The notes: generated by a model not told the origin, from the letters alone. Shown: positions 29,340-41,422, counted from the stretch's first letter. The stretch is 64,000 nucleotides of DNA from Trichormus sp. ATA11-4-KO1 (GCA_019358915.1 JAHHIM010000055.1:256001-320000), one strand, 5' to 3'. Numbers and translations are program-made.

Positions 29340-29942
29340 ATGGAGCCAAGGGTTGAAATTCGCCGTTTGTTAGATATCATGCCTGCTTCTAGTCGCATGA
29401 CAATAAAGATTGTGAGCAAGCCGGAGCAACCACAGGTGATTGACGCGGCTTTTCCTTTGCCTGGGAATCGGGATCGTCCTATATATATTAATTTCGATTT
29501 GTGGTTTCGTCTAACGAAGGCACAACGAGATTTATTATTATTGCAGAAAATCAGTTGGTTGATGGGGGTGAAGTGGTTTAAACCTAATATTTATCAAGGT
29601 GTGGTTTTGGCGGGGCTTTTGGGTGGATTAGTAGAATCAGCACAGTCTGATGTGGTGGGTGTGGCTGTGGCTGGGGGATTAAGTGCGATCGCTTTGGCTC
29701 GGATTTGGCGGACTCACAAATCCCCAGACTCAGAGTTAAATGCCGATGTAGCTGCAATTCGGGTTGCCTTACGACGGGGTTATTCAGAAACTGAAGCTGC
29801 TCAGCATTTATTATCTGCTATTGAGGCAATTACCAATATTGAAGGAAATTCTGTTAATTTTACTGACTTGATTCGTTGCCAAAATTTACGAGCGATCGCG
29901 GGGTTATCATCGGTAGGTGTGCCTCAAAGTTATAACAAGTAA
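29340..29942 (+). CDS. DUF3318-like protein
   Basis: EIRRLLDIMPAS.RM, RGYSETEAA.HLL; ATG at 29340. Confidence 0.8.
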   Translation: MEPRVEIRRLLDIMPASSRMTIKIVSKPEQPQVIDAAFPLPGNRDRPIYINFDLWFRLTKAQRDLLLLQKISWLMGVKWFKPNIYQGVVLAGLLGGLVESAQSDVVGVAVAGGLSAIALARIWRTHKSPDSELNADVAAIRVALRRGYSETEAAQHLLSAIEAITNIEGNSVNFTDLIRCQNLRAIAGLSSVGVPQSYNK

Positions 29943-29943
29943 G

Positions 29944-31656
29944 CTACCGACAATGATAAATTTTATACTCATAACCATCCACTGCTGGTAAAGCTTGGGT
30001 ATCAGCAACGCATTTTTTGGCTGCTGCGGCTACAGGGGCATGAAAATTCACCAGCCATAAGTCAAACGGTCGTGGTAAAGACTTTAAGGTATTTTCTAGA
30101 GTCTTCGTGGCAGTATTAGGGTCTTGGTCTTGATGGGCGAGCAGAAACAGAGGAGATGGAGAGGGTAAATTTTGTACTTTAAACTCTCTTGCTACTCCCA
30201 TCATTTCGCCGATATGTACATGAGTTATCTGTGTTGTGGCAATTAGAACCGGAACTGGGGATTTTTGTTGAATTAGTTGTACGAAAAGGTCAGGGCGGTA
30301 GTATTTTTGATAACCGAGATTACAAATAACAGTTACAGCACTGAAAAATGCCATCAGCCAAATGAGGATCACAGCTTTCTTGCCATTAATTCCCCATTTG
30401 CCTATATTGCCACCACGCCAACAAACTGCGAGACTCGCCCCGAATAAAACTATGACTGCGGGAAAATAAACAAAGTTGTAACGAGCGCCCCTTGTCAGGT
30501 CAATACCGAGAAAGTAGGTAAAGATAAAAAATAACGCGATCGCTCCTAAAACAACCCCGGTCAATACTTGAGTCATCAACCGATTCTCTGATTGCTGCAT
30601 CTGCACCTGAAAACCACGAACTAAAATCGGTGCTACCCAAATCAAGAAAGTCAGCATGACTATCCCAGACGCAATCACAATTCCTAGCTGTGGTGCTTCC
30701 ACTGGGAGTAAATAAAGCATGGTTACCCAGGCGGCGATCGCTTGAAAAATTGGGCTGATCCAAGCAAATCCTACTCGTGGTTGTTGAATCCATTCAGTTA
30801 ATTTACTACCATAGCTATTCTGTAAAAATACAGGCAACCAAACTAGTCCAGCGACAAATGTACCAGCAGCAACGACATAGATACGCTGCCAGAGAGGGGA
30901 AAATATGAGAGAAAACTTTTTCCTGGGGTGTTGCTGCCAAGCCAGAAAAATTATCACCAAAGCTTCCGTAAAGAGGGTAAGAGCGAAGAAGTAATGAGTA
31001 GCAATACCCAAAGCATTAATTACTACCCAGGTAATGACTAAGGAAATCGGTAATTGAGTACGATTTTGCAGATGACGCGTGGCAATTACCAAACAAGCCA
31101 AGGAAGCAATCACCCACAAAATAGCCAAAGTGTAATGACGCGCTTCTTGTGCGAGAAAAATACCGAAGGGTGATACTGTCATCATGGCAGCAGCTAAATG
31201 ACTGACCAAGCTTGAGCGAAAGGCCAACCAGGCCAAGGCATAAATAGCAGGGATGGATACCGCACCAAAAATAGCAGCCAGCGATCGCGCTCCCCATAAT
31301 GAAACTAGACCGCCTTGTGTGGGAAATAACTGCACCCACCAGTGAGTGAGGAAAAAGTAAAGCGGGGGATGGTTAGTTTCTTGACTCAGGTGTATCCATA
31401 CGTCTTGGATGTTGGCAGCTGCTTGTGGTTGCAGTGGCTGTAAGAGGATATCAGATGCGATCGCTTGATCTAGAGGTACTGTGAAAAAACTATTACCCAG
31501 GCTAAACACCAAAGTAGAAAACTCATCAGTCCAAGGAGGTTTTTCAGTTAAATTGGCTAAACGCAAGCTGATACCGATGATCAACCAAATCAGCAATAGC
31601 AGAGGATGAAACCAGCGAGCCGAGACGGTAGAATGCCAATTATTATACAAATACAT
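29944..31656 (-). CDS. GT-C (family 39/PMT-like) membrane glycosyltransferase
   Basis: PWTDE, NHPPLYF, AQEARHY; many TM helices. Confidence 0.88.
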   Translation of the reverse strand: MYLYNNWHSTVSARWFHPLLLLIWLIIGISLRLANLTEKPPWTDEFSTLVFSLGNSFFTVPLDQAIASDILLQPLQPQAAANIQDVWIHLSQETNHPPLYFFLTHWWVQLFPTQGGLVSLWGARSLAAIFGAVSIPAIYALAWLAFRSSLVSHLAAAMMTVSPFGIFLAQEARHYTLAILWVIASLACLVIATRHLQNRTQLPISLVITWVVINALGIATHYFFALTLFTEALVIIFLAWQQHPRKKFSLIFSPLWQRIYVVAAGTFVAGLVWLPVFLQNSYGSKLTEWIQQPRVGFAWISPIFQAIAAWVTMLYLLPVEAPQLGIVIASGIVMLTFLIWVAPILVRGFQVQMQQSENRLMTQVLTGVVLGAIALFFIFTYFLGIDLTRGARYNFVYFPAVIVLFGASLAVCWRGGNIGKWGINGKKAVILIWLMAFFSAVTVICNLGYQKYYRPDLFVQLIQQKSPVPVLIATTQITHVHIGEMMGVAREFKVQNLPSPSPLFLLAHQDQDPNTATKTLENTLKSLPRPFDLWLVNFHAPVAAAAKKCVADTQALPAVDGYEYKIYHCR

Positions 31657-31814
31657 TTTTTATTGGTCAGAGGTGTGGCCTGCTAACAGCACAAAATGGG
31701 TAGCACCTAAGAAAGGCTACTTAGCAGTGCTAGCAACAAGTCAATTTCTATATATTAGACCGCACATTGAGTCTGGAAGTTCGATTTGCTGCTATTCCCT
31801 CGTCTCTTGAAAGG

Positions 31815-33059
31815 CTATTTCACATCAGTTATGCGCCAACTCAGTTTAAAATTAATCCAGAAATTCCAGATGGTAGCAACTGCGATCGCAATCAAGTTAG
31901 CAATGTAACGATTAGGAATAATAAAATTAAATACCAAGTTCAATACCAGGACATTTAATCCTAACCCGGCAAGGCAAATTATATTGAATTTTAACAAGCG
32001 CTTCAAACGTTGATGCCATTGTTGCTGCTTCATGCTGACATCGGCGAACGTCCAAGCATCATTCCACAAGAAATTATTGAAAATAGCAATTTCACCGGCA
32101 ATAATTTTACTGCGCGTCAGGGGCAAAGCCAAGGTAGTTGGGTCGCTAAGTAAATAAAGTATTGCCATATCCACAAATACCCCACTCAGCCCCACCAACC
32201 CAAAACGGAGGAATCGACCAATGGGAAACCCGATTTTTTGATTAACTCGTCCCAAAACTCCCGTGGATAATCGCAAGCGCACTAAGTGGTGTAAATATTC
32301 TACATATTGCTTCCATGTGACCTTACTTTCTCCCTGTTTGCGTTCGCAAAACACATAACCAACTTCAGCAATTGTGCCTACTTTTCCCCGCCCGATTACC
32401 TCTAGGAGAATTTTATATCCTACTGGATTGAGTGTTGCGCCTGCGATCGCGCTGCGACGTACCATAAAATAACCACTCATGGGGTCAGAAACTCTGCCCA
32501 ACACTGCTGGTAGCAAAATCAATCCTAATACCTGGGCACCACGAGACAAAAAACGTCTGACAATACTCCAACTACTAACGCCGCCTCCTTCTATATGACG
32601 GCTAGCTACTGCCAAATCTGCTCCTTGTTCAATTGCACCCAGTAGTTGTGCCAATATTTCTGGTGGATGTTGTAAATCCCCATCAATTACTCCTAAGATA
32701 TGGCCTCTGGCTGCCTGCCATCCCCGAATCACCGCAGAGGACAGACCTCGTTCATGTTGGCGTCGCATGACTCGCAACTGTGGATATTCTTCTATCAGCG
32801 ATTGTGCTACTTCCCAAGTGCGGTCTGGACTATCATCATCTACCACAATCAGCTCGTAGTTATCTGGTATCAACTCATCCAGTAACTGGCTTAATATTTT
32901 GATAATGTTGCCAATATTATCACGTTCTTTATAAGTTGGTATTACAAGTGAAAAATAGACCGCTAGATCATCTGTATCTACACTGGCAGAGGGCAATTCA
33001 GGTATTTGTAATGTACCAGTTGGAACTTTTAATAGTGTCTCAGGTGACTTGTCATCCAT
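31815..33059 (-). CDS. GT2 polyprenol-phosphate glycosyltransferase fused to GtrA-like domain
   Basis: VIPTYKE, DDDSPDRT, DGDLQHPP, DPMSG; C-terminal RFGLVG..NNFLWN..WTF. Confidence 0.92.
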   Translation of the reverse strand: MDDKSPETLLKVPTGTLQIPELPSASVDTDDLAVYFSLVIPTYKERDNIGNIIKILSQLLDELIPDNYELIVVDDDSPDRTWEVAQSLIEEYPQLRVMRRQHERGLSSAVIRGWQAARGHILGVIDGDLQHPPEILAQLLGAIEQGADLAVASRHIEGGGVSSWSIVRRFLSRGAQVLGLILLPAVLGRVSDPMSGYFMVRRSAIAGATLNPVGYKILLEVIGRGKVGTIAEVGYVFCERKQGESKVTWKQYVEYLHHLVRLRLSTGVLGRVNQKIGFPIGRFLRFGLVGLSGVFVDMAILYLLSDPTTLALPLTRSKIIAGEIAIFNNFLWNDAWTFADVSMKQQQWHQRLKRLLKFNIICLAGLGLNVLVLNLVFNFIIPNRYIANLIAIAVATIWNFWINFKLSWRITDVK

Positions 33060-33323
33060 AAAATCAATTGTAAATTATACGAATAATAGTATAAAAAACA
33101 CCATTTTTGTTAGGAGAAAGCTGTGATTTTACGGTTAATAATTTCTGCTATTAATTAATTACCAAACCTTGTTTCTAAGTACTATAGCCACTAGTGCTAA
33201 ATCCTTAAAATCAACATGGTAACAAGTTTTTTAAAATTACATAATGTTGCCAAAAAAGAAAACTCACAACAAATTAGCTGATTTATTGCGAAAATGAGAT
33301 ACGTAGTTTGCCTCTGAGAAACT

Positions 33324-34466
33324 GTGGCTACTGTAACTGTTGATAATATTCTTGATCGTGCCTTGATGGGGTGTGATATATCTCCGTCAGAGGGACTGGT
33401 ATTGTTAAAACAAACTGACCCAGAAGTGATCGCTGCTATTCGTTCCACGGCTGACAAACTCCGCTACACTCAAGCAGGCGATACGGTTACCTACGTAATT
33501 AACCGCAACATTAACTTTACTAATATCTGTGAGCAACACTGTAGTTTTTGTGCTTTCCGCCGAGATGAGGGTGATGCTGGTGCTTACTGGTTAGATTGGG
33601 CGCAAATTTTGGAAAAATCTACAGATGCAGTACGGCGAGGTGCAACTGAAATTTGTATGCAGGGGGGATTGAATCCACAAGCGCAGCTCAACGGTAAATC
33701 TTTACATTATTACCTGAAGCTAGTAGAAACTATTAAACAGGAATTTCCCCAGATACATCTACACGCTTTCTCCCCTCAAGAAGTGCAATTTATCGCCAGA
33801 ATTGACGGACTTGAATATGCTGATGTGATTTTGGCTTTGCAGAATGCTGGTGTTGGCTCAATGCCAGGAACAGCCGCCGAGGTGTTGGATGATGAAGTGA
33901 GGCGGATACTGTGTCCAGAGAAGATAGACACAGCCACTTGGCTAGAAATTGTCAGTACAGCTCATAAATTGGGTTTACCTACCACTAGCACCATATTATC
34001 TGGGCATATTGAAACGCCAGAACAACAAATCAGGCATTTAGAAAAATTGCGATCGCTCCAACAAACTGCCATCAATCAGGGATATCCGGCTCGTATTACT
34101 GAATTTATTCCTTTACCATTTGTTGGACAAGAAGCACCTAAATCATTACGCCGTCGTGTGGGACGCGATCAACCAGTGTTAACCGATGTACTTTTACTGA
34201 CGGCTGTAGCGCGGATTTATTTAGGCAATTGGATTCCCAATCATCAACCAAGTTGGGTAAAGTTAGGGCTTGCAGGTGCGACAGAAGCTTTAGTTTGGGG
34301 TTGTAACGATATCGGTGGCACACTCATGGAAGAACACATTACCACAATGGCAGGAGCTTTAGGCGGTACTTGTATGGAAGTCGAAACCCTGCAAACAGCG
34401 ATCGCTTCTGTAGGAAGACCCTACCAACAACGCGATACTTTGTATCACAGAGTTAAAAGTTTTTAA
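33324..34466 (+). CDS. cofH: FO synthase subunit CofH (radical SAM)
   Basis: [38 protein letters not shown]. Confidence 0.92.
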   Translation: MATVTVDNILDRALMGCDISPSEGLVLLKQTDPEVIAAIRSTADKLRYTQAGDTVTYVINRNINFTNICEQHCSFCAFRRDEGDAGAYWLDWAQILEKSTDAVRRGATEICMQGGLNPQAQLNGKSLHYYLKLVETIKQEFPQIHLHAFSPQEVQFIARIDGLEYADVILALQNAGVGSMPGTAAEVLDDEVRRILCPEKIDTATWLEIVSTAHKLGLPTTSTILSGHIETPEQQIRHLEKLRSLQQTAINQGYPARITEFIPLPFVGQEAPKSLRRRVGRDQPVLTDVLLLTAVARIYLGNWIPNHQPSWVKLGLAGATEALVWGCNDIGGTLMEEHITTMAGALGGTCMEVETLQTAIASVGRPYQQRDTLYHRVKSF

Positions 34467-34591
34467 CTCCCTAATCCCTGGTTAATGAGCGCAGTCGAAG
34501 TACACTACCTACTCCCCACTCTAAGATGATCCCCAGGATACCAATCCAGGATACGATGGACGTTGATTTACGTATTATTCACTTAATGCAT

Positions 34592-34990
34592 ATGAAGCGC
34601 TATTGGTCGCGTCTACTTGCCCTGCTGTTGGTTGTCACCATTGGTTTAATGGGTTGTTCTGGCAGTCCTGACAGTTTAACAGGGGATTATCGCCAAGACA
34701 CCTTGGCTGTAGTCAATATTATGAAACAAGCTCTGGATTTACCAGAAGATTCACCAAACAAAGTAGCAATTCAAGCAGAAGCGCGTCAAAAAATTAACGA
34801 TTTTTCAGCTCGCTACCAACGGGTTAAATCGGTTTCCGGACTTAGTTCCTTTACAACCATGCGAACAGCTCTCAACTCTTTAGCTGGACACTACAGTTCA
34901 TACCCAAATCGTCCCGTACCCCAAAAGCTCAAAAATCGCCTAGAACAGGAGTTACAGCAGGTAGAGTCCGCGCTGAAGCGTGGTGCTTAA
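34592..34990 (+). CDS. psb27: Photosystem II assembly lipoprotein Psb27
   Basis: Lipobox LMGC, LTGDYRQDT, SFTTMRTALNSLAGHY; start at 34586 or 34592. Confidence 0.95.
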   Translation: MKRYWSRLLALLLVVTIGLMGCSGSPDSLTGDYRQDTLAVVNIMKQALDLPEDSPNKVAIQAEARQKINDFSARYQRVKSVSGLSSFTTMRTALNSLAGHYSSYPNRPVPQKLKNRLEQELQQVESALKRGA

Positions 34991-35536
34991 CTTATTCTCT
35001 CTTGTTAAAAGTCACAAGTTCAACGAAGTCAGAAGTCAGAGGGAAGAAGGAAGAAGCATGATCCTCCTTCTTCCTCCAAACTTCTTCCTTCTTGTTCAAA
35101 TTCCAAAATTCAAAAAAGTACTCAGAGAAAAATGGGAAGCAGAAGTGCAAAGGGGAAAGACAAAGCCCTTGTCCCCTTGTCTCCACTCCCAAAAATCGCA
35201 CCTTGACCACAAAGCAAACAACCTAATTAATAGGGAATATACACAAGCATCTTCGGTAAATTAATTAATTGAAACTCCCCTAGCTTTTAGTTAGGGTATT
35301 TTTTGGCTTGACAAAATTTAAACAATCACAATAAAACTGGAATTCCCCAATCACTGGTCTTGGCCTGCTTGTCGTTCAGTGATTTTGTGCTGGAGATTAA
35401 AAATTCTTCAAAAAATCTGGCAACAGAAATAGAATTTTGGCAGTCTGGAACAGGTAAGCTACAAAACTTCTAGTTCTAAACTATAACATTTGATACATGT
35501 AGCTTTAAATTATTTGAATTAGGCTTAATTACTGAT

Positions 35537-37060
35537 TTGTGCTTCTACTTTTTAGATATGTTTAACCGTCCCTTGAACCTTGCAAGACCAATGTTATTTT
35601 GGCAACGAAGCCTGTTTGCTGCTGTTGTTAGTAGTAGTTTCCTGATTCCTCAGGTTGGGAGTCAAGCAGCAAAGGCGCAAGTAACGGAGTATTGCCAATT
35701 ATCGCCAGCAGCAGCAAAGGCTAAAGAAGACTTACGTTTGTCAGCACTAAAAGGCAATCAAGATGTTCAGAATCGCTATCAACAACTGGTGAAACAACAT
35801 GCACAGGAATTGCAAGAGTGCCGCAAGCGTACTTGGCCTCAAATTCAAGCGGTCTGGTTACGCTTATATCCCTGTGATATTCAGCCAGGAGCAATTGACC
35901 AGGTGATGGATCGGATTGTTAACCGTGGCTATAACCAAGTTTATTTAGAAGTCTTCTACGATGGACAGGTATTATTACCAGCCATTAACAATCCTACGGT
36001 TTGGCCATCTGTAATTCGCACCCCAGGAGCCGAAAACATTGATTTACTCTCGGTAGCAATTCAAAAAGGGCGACAACGTGGTTTAAAAGTCTACGCCTGG
36101 ATGTTCACCAACAACTTCGGCTATACCTACGCTCAACGTCGAGATAGAGAAGAGGCGATCGCTCGTAATGGCAAGGGTCAAACGAGCTTATATCTTGTAG
36201 ATAATAGCTCTCAAGTATATATCGATCCCTATCACCCACAAGCGAAACGCGACTATTACCAAATGGTACAGGAAGTAGTACGCCGTCGCCCGGATGGAGT
36301 GTTATTTGACTATGTGCGTTATCCCAGACAGGCAGGAAGTGATTCTATTGCTACCAAAGTTTCAGATTTATGGCTATTCAGTCAAGCCACTCAACAAGCT
36401 TTATTTCGACGAGCGCAGAACCATAAAGGATTGGAGTTGATTAGGCGTTTTTTGAGTAAGGGATATGTAACCGCAGGAGATATCAAGGAAGTTGATCAAC
36501 TTCATCCTCAAGAAGGTGAACCTATGTGGCAAGGCCGCATTCCCCAACCAGAACAAAAATCAATCCTGTCTGCAACTGATAGACAACCAGTGTTGCAGTC
36601 GCAGTTGTGGCAACTTGCCGTAGCCCACGCCATGCAAGGTATCCTAGACTTTGTTACCTTAGCTAGTCACCCAGCCAAGCAACAAGGAATTCCTTCTGGA
36701 GCGGTGTTTTTTCCTGATGGTAACCAAGCTGTAGGACAAGGGTATGATTCCCGCTTGCAACCTTGGGATCGGTTTCCTAATTCTTTAGAATGGCATCCTA
36801 TGTCTTATGCGACTTGCGGTAATGCTAATTGCATAATGGAACAAGTGCAACGAGTTTTGAGTATGGCACAACCAGGTACACAAGTGATTCCGGCTTTAGC
36901 TGGCAAGTGGGGAGGATCAATCAGTAATCGTCCATCCCTGGAAGCACAAATGCAAGCACTGCGCCAATTTGCACCCCAACTAGCGGGAGTCAGCCATTTT
37001 GCTTATTCTTGGCAATACCCTGAACATGATAGCGATCGCAAGTTCTGTCGTGTCCAGTAA
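35537..37060 (+). CDS. Glycoside hydrolase-like family 10 (DUF187/YddW-like) protein
   Basis: VWLRL, GLKVYAW, DGVLFDYVRYP; exact start uncertain. Confidence 0.82.
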   Translation: MCFYFLDMFNRPLNLARPMLFWQRSLFAAVVSSSFLIPQVGSQAAKAQVTEYCQLSPAAAKAKEDLRLSALKGNQDVQNRYQQLVKQHAQELQECRKRTWPQIQAVWLRLYPCDIQPGAIDQVMDRIVNRGYNQVYLEVFYDGQVLLPAINNPTVWPSVIRTPGAENIDLLSVAIQKGRQRGLKVYAWMFTNNFGYTYAQRRDREEAIARNGKGQTSLYLVDNSSQVYIDPYHPQAKRDYYQMVQEVVRRRPDGVLFDYVRYPRQAGSDSIATKVSDLWLFSQATQQALFRRAQNHKGLELIRRFLSKGYVTAGDIKEVDQLHPQEGEPMWQGRIPQPEQKSILSATDRQPVLQSQLWQLAVAHAMQGILDFVTLASHPAKQQGIPSGAVFFPDGNQAVGQGYDSRLQPWDRFPNSLEWHPMSYATCGNANCIMEQVQRVLSMAQPGTQVIPALAGKWGGSISNRPSLEAQMQALRQFAPQLAGVSHFAYSWQYPEHDSDRKFCRVQ

Positions 37061-37146
37061 GCAATACAATTCCAGAGGAGAAAAACAGAAGGCGTAGAGG
37101 GAGATTTATTCTTCCTTCTTCCCCTGATCATTTCATGTAACTCTAC

Positions 37147-40068
37147 TTACTTCGTCTCCATCCAATTATCACCTGCACGTACATCTACCACTAACGGCAC
37201 ACTCAAATCTACTGCATCTTCCATCACTGACTTAATTTCTGGTTTTAATTCTTCCCACTCTTGGGGAGGAACTTCAAATACTAATTCATCGTGAACTTGT
37301 AATAATAGCCGCGCCTGATATTTCTGCAAAACCTCATGTATTCGTACCATGGCAATTTTGATAATATCGGCACTGGAACCTTGAATTGGTGCATTAGCAG
37401 CAGCACGTAGTAAACCTGCATCGTAAGCACCTAAATTCTTTAATTTACTCAAGTCAATGTCTTCTGGGTTGCTGCCTTTTAATTTGCGTAGACTATTATT
37501 GGTAAATTCCAAATAGCGACGACGACCGAGAATAGTTTCCACATAACCTTGGGCGATCGCTTGTTTTTTTACCGCTTCCAAATATGTAAAAATATTGGGG
37601 TAGCGTTCGTTAAATCGCTTAATAAACTCGTTAGCAATGGCTTTATCTATTCCAGTTGAACGCGAAAACTTCAGCGAACCCATGCCATAAATCACACCAA
37701 AATTAATAGTTTTTGCTAACCTGCGTTCATCTGGTGTTATGTCATCTTTTTCAAATACCAACCGCGCTGTTACAGTGTGAATATCTTCATTTTGTTGGTA
37801 TGCCTCTACTAATATTGGTTCTTGACTTAAATGAGCCAGAATTCGCAACTCGATTTGTGAGTAATCAGCAGCAACCATTAACCAGCTTGATTCTGGCAAA
37901 AATGCCTTACGAATTTGACGACTAAAAGCTGTACGAATAGGAATGTTTTGCAAATTCGGATTAGAGGAAGATAACCTACCAGTTGATGTTGCTGTTTGAT
38001 TAAAATCAGTATGCACTCGCTGAGTATCTGAACGGACTAATGCTGGCAGCGCATCTACATAAGTAGACTTTAATTTAGATAGAGTACGGTACTCAATAAT
38101 GGCATCAACAAACCCGGTTTGATCGACTTCTTGGAGTTTTTCTAACGTCGCTGCATCTGTAGAAAAACCAGTTTGAATTTTACGAGAATATTTGGTACTT
38201 AATCCCAACTTTTCAAACAGTATTTGGCTTAATTGTTTAGGAGAACCCAAGTTAAACTTTTCTCCAGCTATTGCAGTTGCTTTCTCCTCTAACTTGGCTA
38301 AATCTATTTCTAATTGCTGGGAAAGTTCTTGGAGATATGCTGAATTAATCCGGACACCTGTATATTCCATCTGTGCTAAAACTGCTTCTAGCGGTTGTTC
38401 TACTTCTGCCAATAACTTGTGCAAAGCTGGAAATTTCTCCAGTTCCTCACGTAATTTCGGCACAAGTTGAAATGTGGCGTAGACTTGCAAACAACAATAA
38501 TTTGCTACAGCAGCAATATCTATATCAGCAATAGTTTTGCCTTTGGGAACTAAATCTAGATAATTCTGCACCATTAATCCCAAATATCGCAGCGCCAAAT
38601 CACTCAAGTTGTGGCTAGTATCTGGATTTAGCACATAACTGGCTAGCATGGGATCAAATATTACTCCCGCCAAGTTGATTTTTTGACAACGGAAAACTAA
38701 GCGGTCAAATTTACCATTCTGGAATGTTTTGGGATAGTCAGCATTTTCCAGAATTGGACGTAGTGCTTCTAACACCATATCTTTAGGTAAATTTTCCCCA
38801 GTTTTATGATTAATTGGAATATAAGCTGATTCATCAGGTTTAATTCCCCAGCAGCAGCCAATTCCGACTAATTCCGCATCCCGTGGCTCTAAATCACTAG
38901 TTTCGGTGTCCCAAGCAACAGGCGTTTCTAAGTTGGTAAATTGTTGTAATAGGTTGACTAACTCGGTGAGTTTGGCTTCTGTATTAATGATACGTGGTTG
39001 AATTAATGATGTCGGTTGCTGTGGCGCTGCGGCTGTATCTTCAGCACTGAAGAACCACATATCATCGTCTTCATCAGTATTTGGTTGTGTGATTGTTTCA
39101 GTTGATGGATTATCTACAACTTCGCCACCAAAACGTTTCTGAAGTTCGTTGACTTTGCCTAAAAAAGTTTTGAATTCTAACTTTTCTAAAATTGGTATCA
39201 GAATACTGGTGTCGAACCCTGTTAATTTGCAATCTTCTAAATCAATTTCTAAAGGAACATCTACAACGATTTTTGCTAAGTAGTGAGACCTTTGAGCGTC
39301 TTCTCTACCTGTTGCTAATTTTTTCTGGGTTGAGCCTTTAATTTCATCTAGCGCCGCATAAATCTGATCAAGCGAGCCATAGGTGCTAAGTAGTTGCACG
39401 GCTGTTTTTTCGCCAATTCCCTTGACACCGGGAATATTATCTGATTTATCGCCACAGAGGGCTTTAAAATCGACAATTTGCGTAGGTAATACGCCCAATT
39501 TTTCTTTAACTTGTTCTGTACTAAATTCAGTGATGCTGTTTGTAGAGCGCTTCAGGGCATCTGGACTAAAATTTAAAACAGTAATTTCCTGATCAGGGTC
39601 AATTAATTGAAATAAATCGCGATCGCCTGTCAAAATTTTCACTTTATACCCAGCAGCAGTTGCTTTTTGTGCTAAGGTTCCCAATACATCGTCTGCCTCA
39701 TAACCAGGCGCAGTCAAGATTGGCAAATTAAAGCCTTCCAGCAATTCGTGGAGATTTTTCAAATCAGGAACAAAATCCTCTGGCGTTCCTGGACGATCCG
39801 CTTTATATGTATCGTCAGCTTCGTGGCGAAAAGTTGGCAACCCTAAATCAAAAGCGATCGCCATTGCTTGTGGCTGTTGTGTAGCCATGACTTCCAAAAG
39901 GCACTTGAGAAAGCCAAAACATACACTGGTAGGAATCCCCGTCTTAGTACGCAGTCCGCCGTCTCGCCCTTTGGCGAAAGCAAAGTATGAACGAAAGGCC
40001 AGGGAGTGTCCATCTACAAGGATGAACGTGGGACGTGTTGCTGTTACAGAATCGGCAGTTTGAGACAT
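37147..40068 (-). CDS. polA: DNA polymerase I
   Basis: 5'-3' exonuclease LVDGHSLAFRSY, TGRLSSSNPNLQNIP, ADYSQIELR, QVHDEL. Confidence 0.98.
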   Translation of the reverse strand: MSQTADSVTATRPTFILVDGHSLAFRSYFAFAKGRDGGLRTKTGIPTSVCFGFLKCLLEVMATQQPQAMAIAFDLGLPTFRHEADDTYKADRPGTPEDFVPDLKNLHELLEGFNLPILTAPGYEADDVLGTLAQKATAAGYKVKILTGDRDLFQLIDPDQEITVLNFSPDALKRSTNSITEFSTEQVKEKLGVLPTQIVDFKALCGDKSDNIPGVKGIGEKTAVQLLSTYGSLDQIYAALDEIKGSTQKKLATGREDAQRSHYLAKIVVDVPLEIDLEDCKLTGFDTSILIPILEKLEFKTFLGKVNELQKRFGGEVVDNPSTETITQPNTDEDDDMWFFSAEDTAAAPQQPTSLIQPRIINTEAKLTELVNLLQQFTNLETPVAWDTETSDLEPRDAELVGIGCCWGIKPDESAYIPINHKTGENLPKDMVLEALRPILENADYPKTFQNGKFDRLVFRCQKINLAGVIFDPMLASYVLNPDTSHNLSDLALRYLGLMVQNYLDLVPKGKTIADIDIAAVANYCCLQVYATFQLVPKLREELEKFPALHKLLAEVEQPLEAVLAQMEYTGVRINSAYLQELSQQLEIDLAKLEEKATAIAGEKFNLGSPKQLSQILFEKLGLSTKYSRKIQTGFSTDAATLEKLQEVDQTGFVDAIIEYRTLSKLKSTYVDALPALVRSDTQRVHTDFNQTATSTGRLSSSNPNLQNIPIRTAFSRQIRKAFLPESSWLMVAADYSQIELRILAHLSQEPILVEAYQQNEDIHTVTARLVFEKDDITPDERRLAKTINFGVIYGMGSLKFSRSTGIDKAIANEFIKRFNERYPNIFTYLEAVKKQAIAQGYVETILGRRRYLEFTNNSLRKLKGSNPEDIDLSKLKNLGAYDAGLLRAAANAPIQGSSADIIKIAMVRIHEVLQKYQARLLLQVHDELVFEVPPQEWEELKPEIKSVMEDAVDLSVPLVVDVRAGDNWMETK

Positions 40069-40530
40069 AGCCCTATTTTAGCCAGAAGCTTTGGTCATAG
40101 AACTAGTGGGCCAGTTCTTTGTTCAATTTTGAAGACTGTGAAATAGTTTCAGCAGAGCAATTATTTCAACATCCGTATAAAAAGCATTAGATTTGTAGAT
40201 TTAGTACGGAAGCAAATTTGAACTAGCTTTTAAAGTAGCAGTTATCAACTGCGTATACTCTTCAGGTGATTTCTTTCACTCCTTATCCACGTAGCGGATA
40301 CACCAGAAGGAGTAAGCTCAATCATGACTTTGGTGAGTGCTTACCAGCATCAAAGTCTCTTTTCATTAACAAAACTTTATATATATGTTCTTAAAGATGT
40401 ATCTGTCGAACTTATTTCATAATCAAAGCTTTACATAAATTTAAGTATATTTATCAAGCCTACAAGCGAAATTTCAGAGTTAGAAATAAGTTGTAATCAT
40501 GCAATCGTTAGTTTGAGAAATCCATTTTCC

Positions 40531-41247
40531 ATGACAACAAAACTACTCAATTCTTTAGCTGCTGCTACAACTTTGGCAGGAATCATGGCAACAGCCGGAG
40601 TTGCTAATGCAGCTTCCCTCTCATTCACCACTTCCACTGATTTCGAGCTGACAGACATTATTAACTCAGTTCTCAACATTCAAAAGTTTGATTCATCTCT
40701 CGGTACTCTCAATAGCGTTAAGCTAGATTTTGTCAGTGACTTAACTGGAAGTGCCGGATTTGAAAATAGAGGTGCTGGAGCGTCTACAATCACAGTTAGG
40801 TTAGGTGCTGATATTTCATTGCAGCAACCTGACTTACAACTAGAACCTCCCTTTCCAATTAGTCCAGAGAGTTCTCAAACATACCAAGTTAGTGCCTTTG
40901 ATGGCACAGTTGATTTTGCTGGTACTTCCGGAAGAACTGTTCAAGGGCTAACGGCAACTCAATCCACCACTACAATGTTCACTGATGCCTCATCCTTACA
41001 GACATTTACTGGTGTTGGCAACCTAGACTTTTTATTCTCAGCTTTAGCTACCTCAGGGGTAACAGGCTCAGGCAATATCAGTTCTTTTGTTGATACATTT
41101 GCCAAAGCAAGTCTCAAAGTCACATATGACTATGATGAGTTGACGACTGTACCTGAACCTTCCGCCGCTCTGGGAATTGGTTTAATTGCCGGGCTTGGTT
41201 TGTTATCACAACGCAAAAAAAGCTGGTTCAAGATTACCAATTCATAG
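40531..41247 (+). CDS. PEP-CTERM exported surface protein
   Basis: Signal peptide ending ANA; VPEPSAALG, TM helix and RKK tail. Confidence 0.9.
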   Translation: MTTKLLNSLAAATTLAGIMATAGVANAASLSFTTSTDFELTDIINSVLNIQKFDSSLGTLNSVKLDFVSDLTGSAGFENRGAGASTITVRLGADISLQQPDLQLEPPFPISPESSQTYQVSAFDGTVDFAGTSGRTVQGLTATQSTTTMFTDASSLQTFTGVGNLDFLFSALATSGVTGSGNISSFVDTFAKASLKVTYDYDELTTVPEPSAALGIGLIAGLGLLSQRKKSWFKITNS

Positions 41248-41252
41248 ACTTT

Positions 41253-41285
41253 TGGGAAAGGGTGGTAAAAACCCACCCTTTCTCA
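41253..41285 (+). terminator. Stem-loop after the PEP-CTERM gene
   Basis: GAAAGGGTGG/CCACCCTTTC. Confidence 0.65.
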
Positions 41286-41422
41286 GTTTCCAAATCATTT
41301 CTTGCCGTTGACATTTAACTATCATTGATAGTTCCTGGTATAATCAACAGCTGCGTAGTAATTTCCATGTTTTTCTCTAGGTGTTTAAATAGCTGCTTCT
41401 GTCAAGCTATGAAAATTAAATC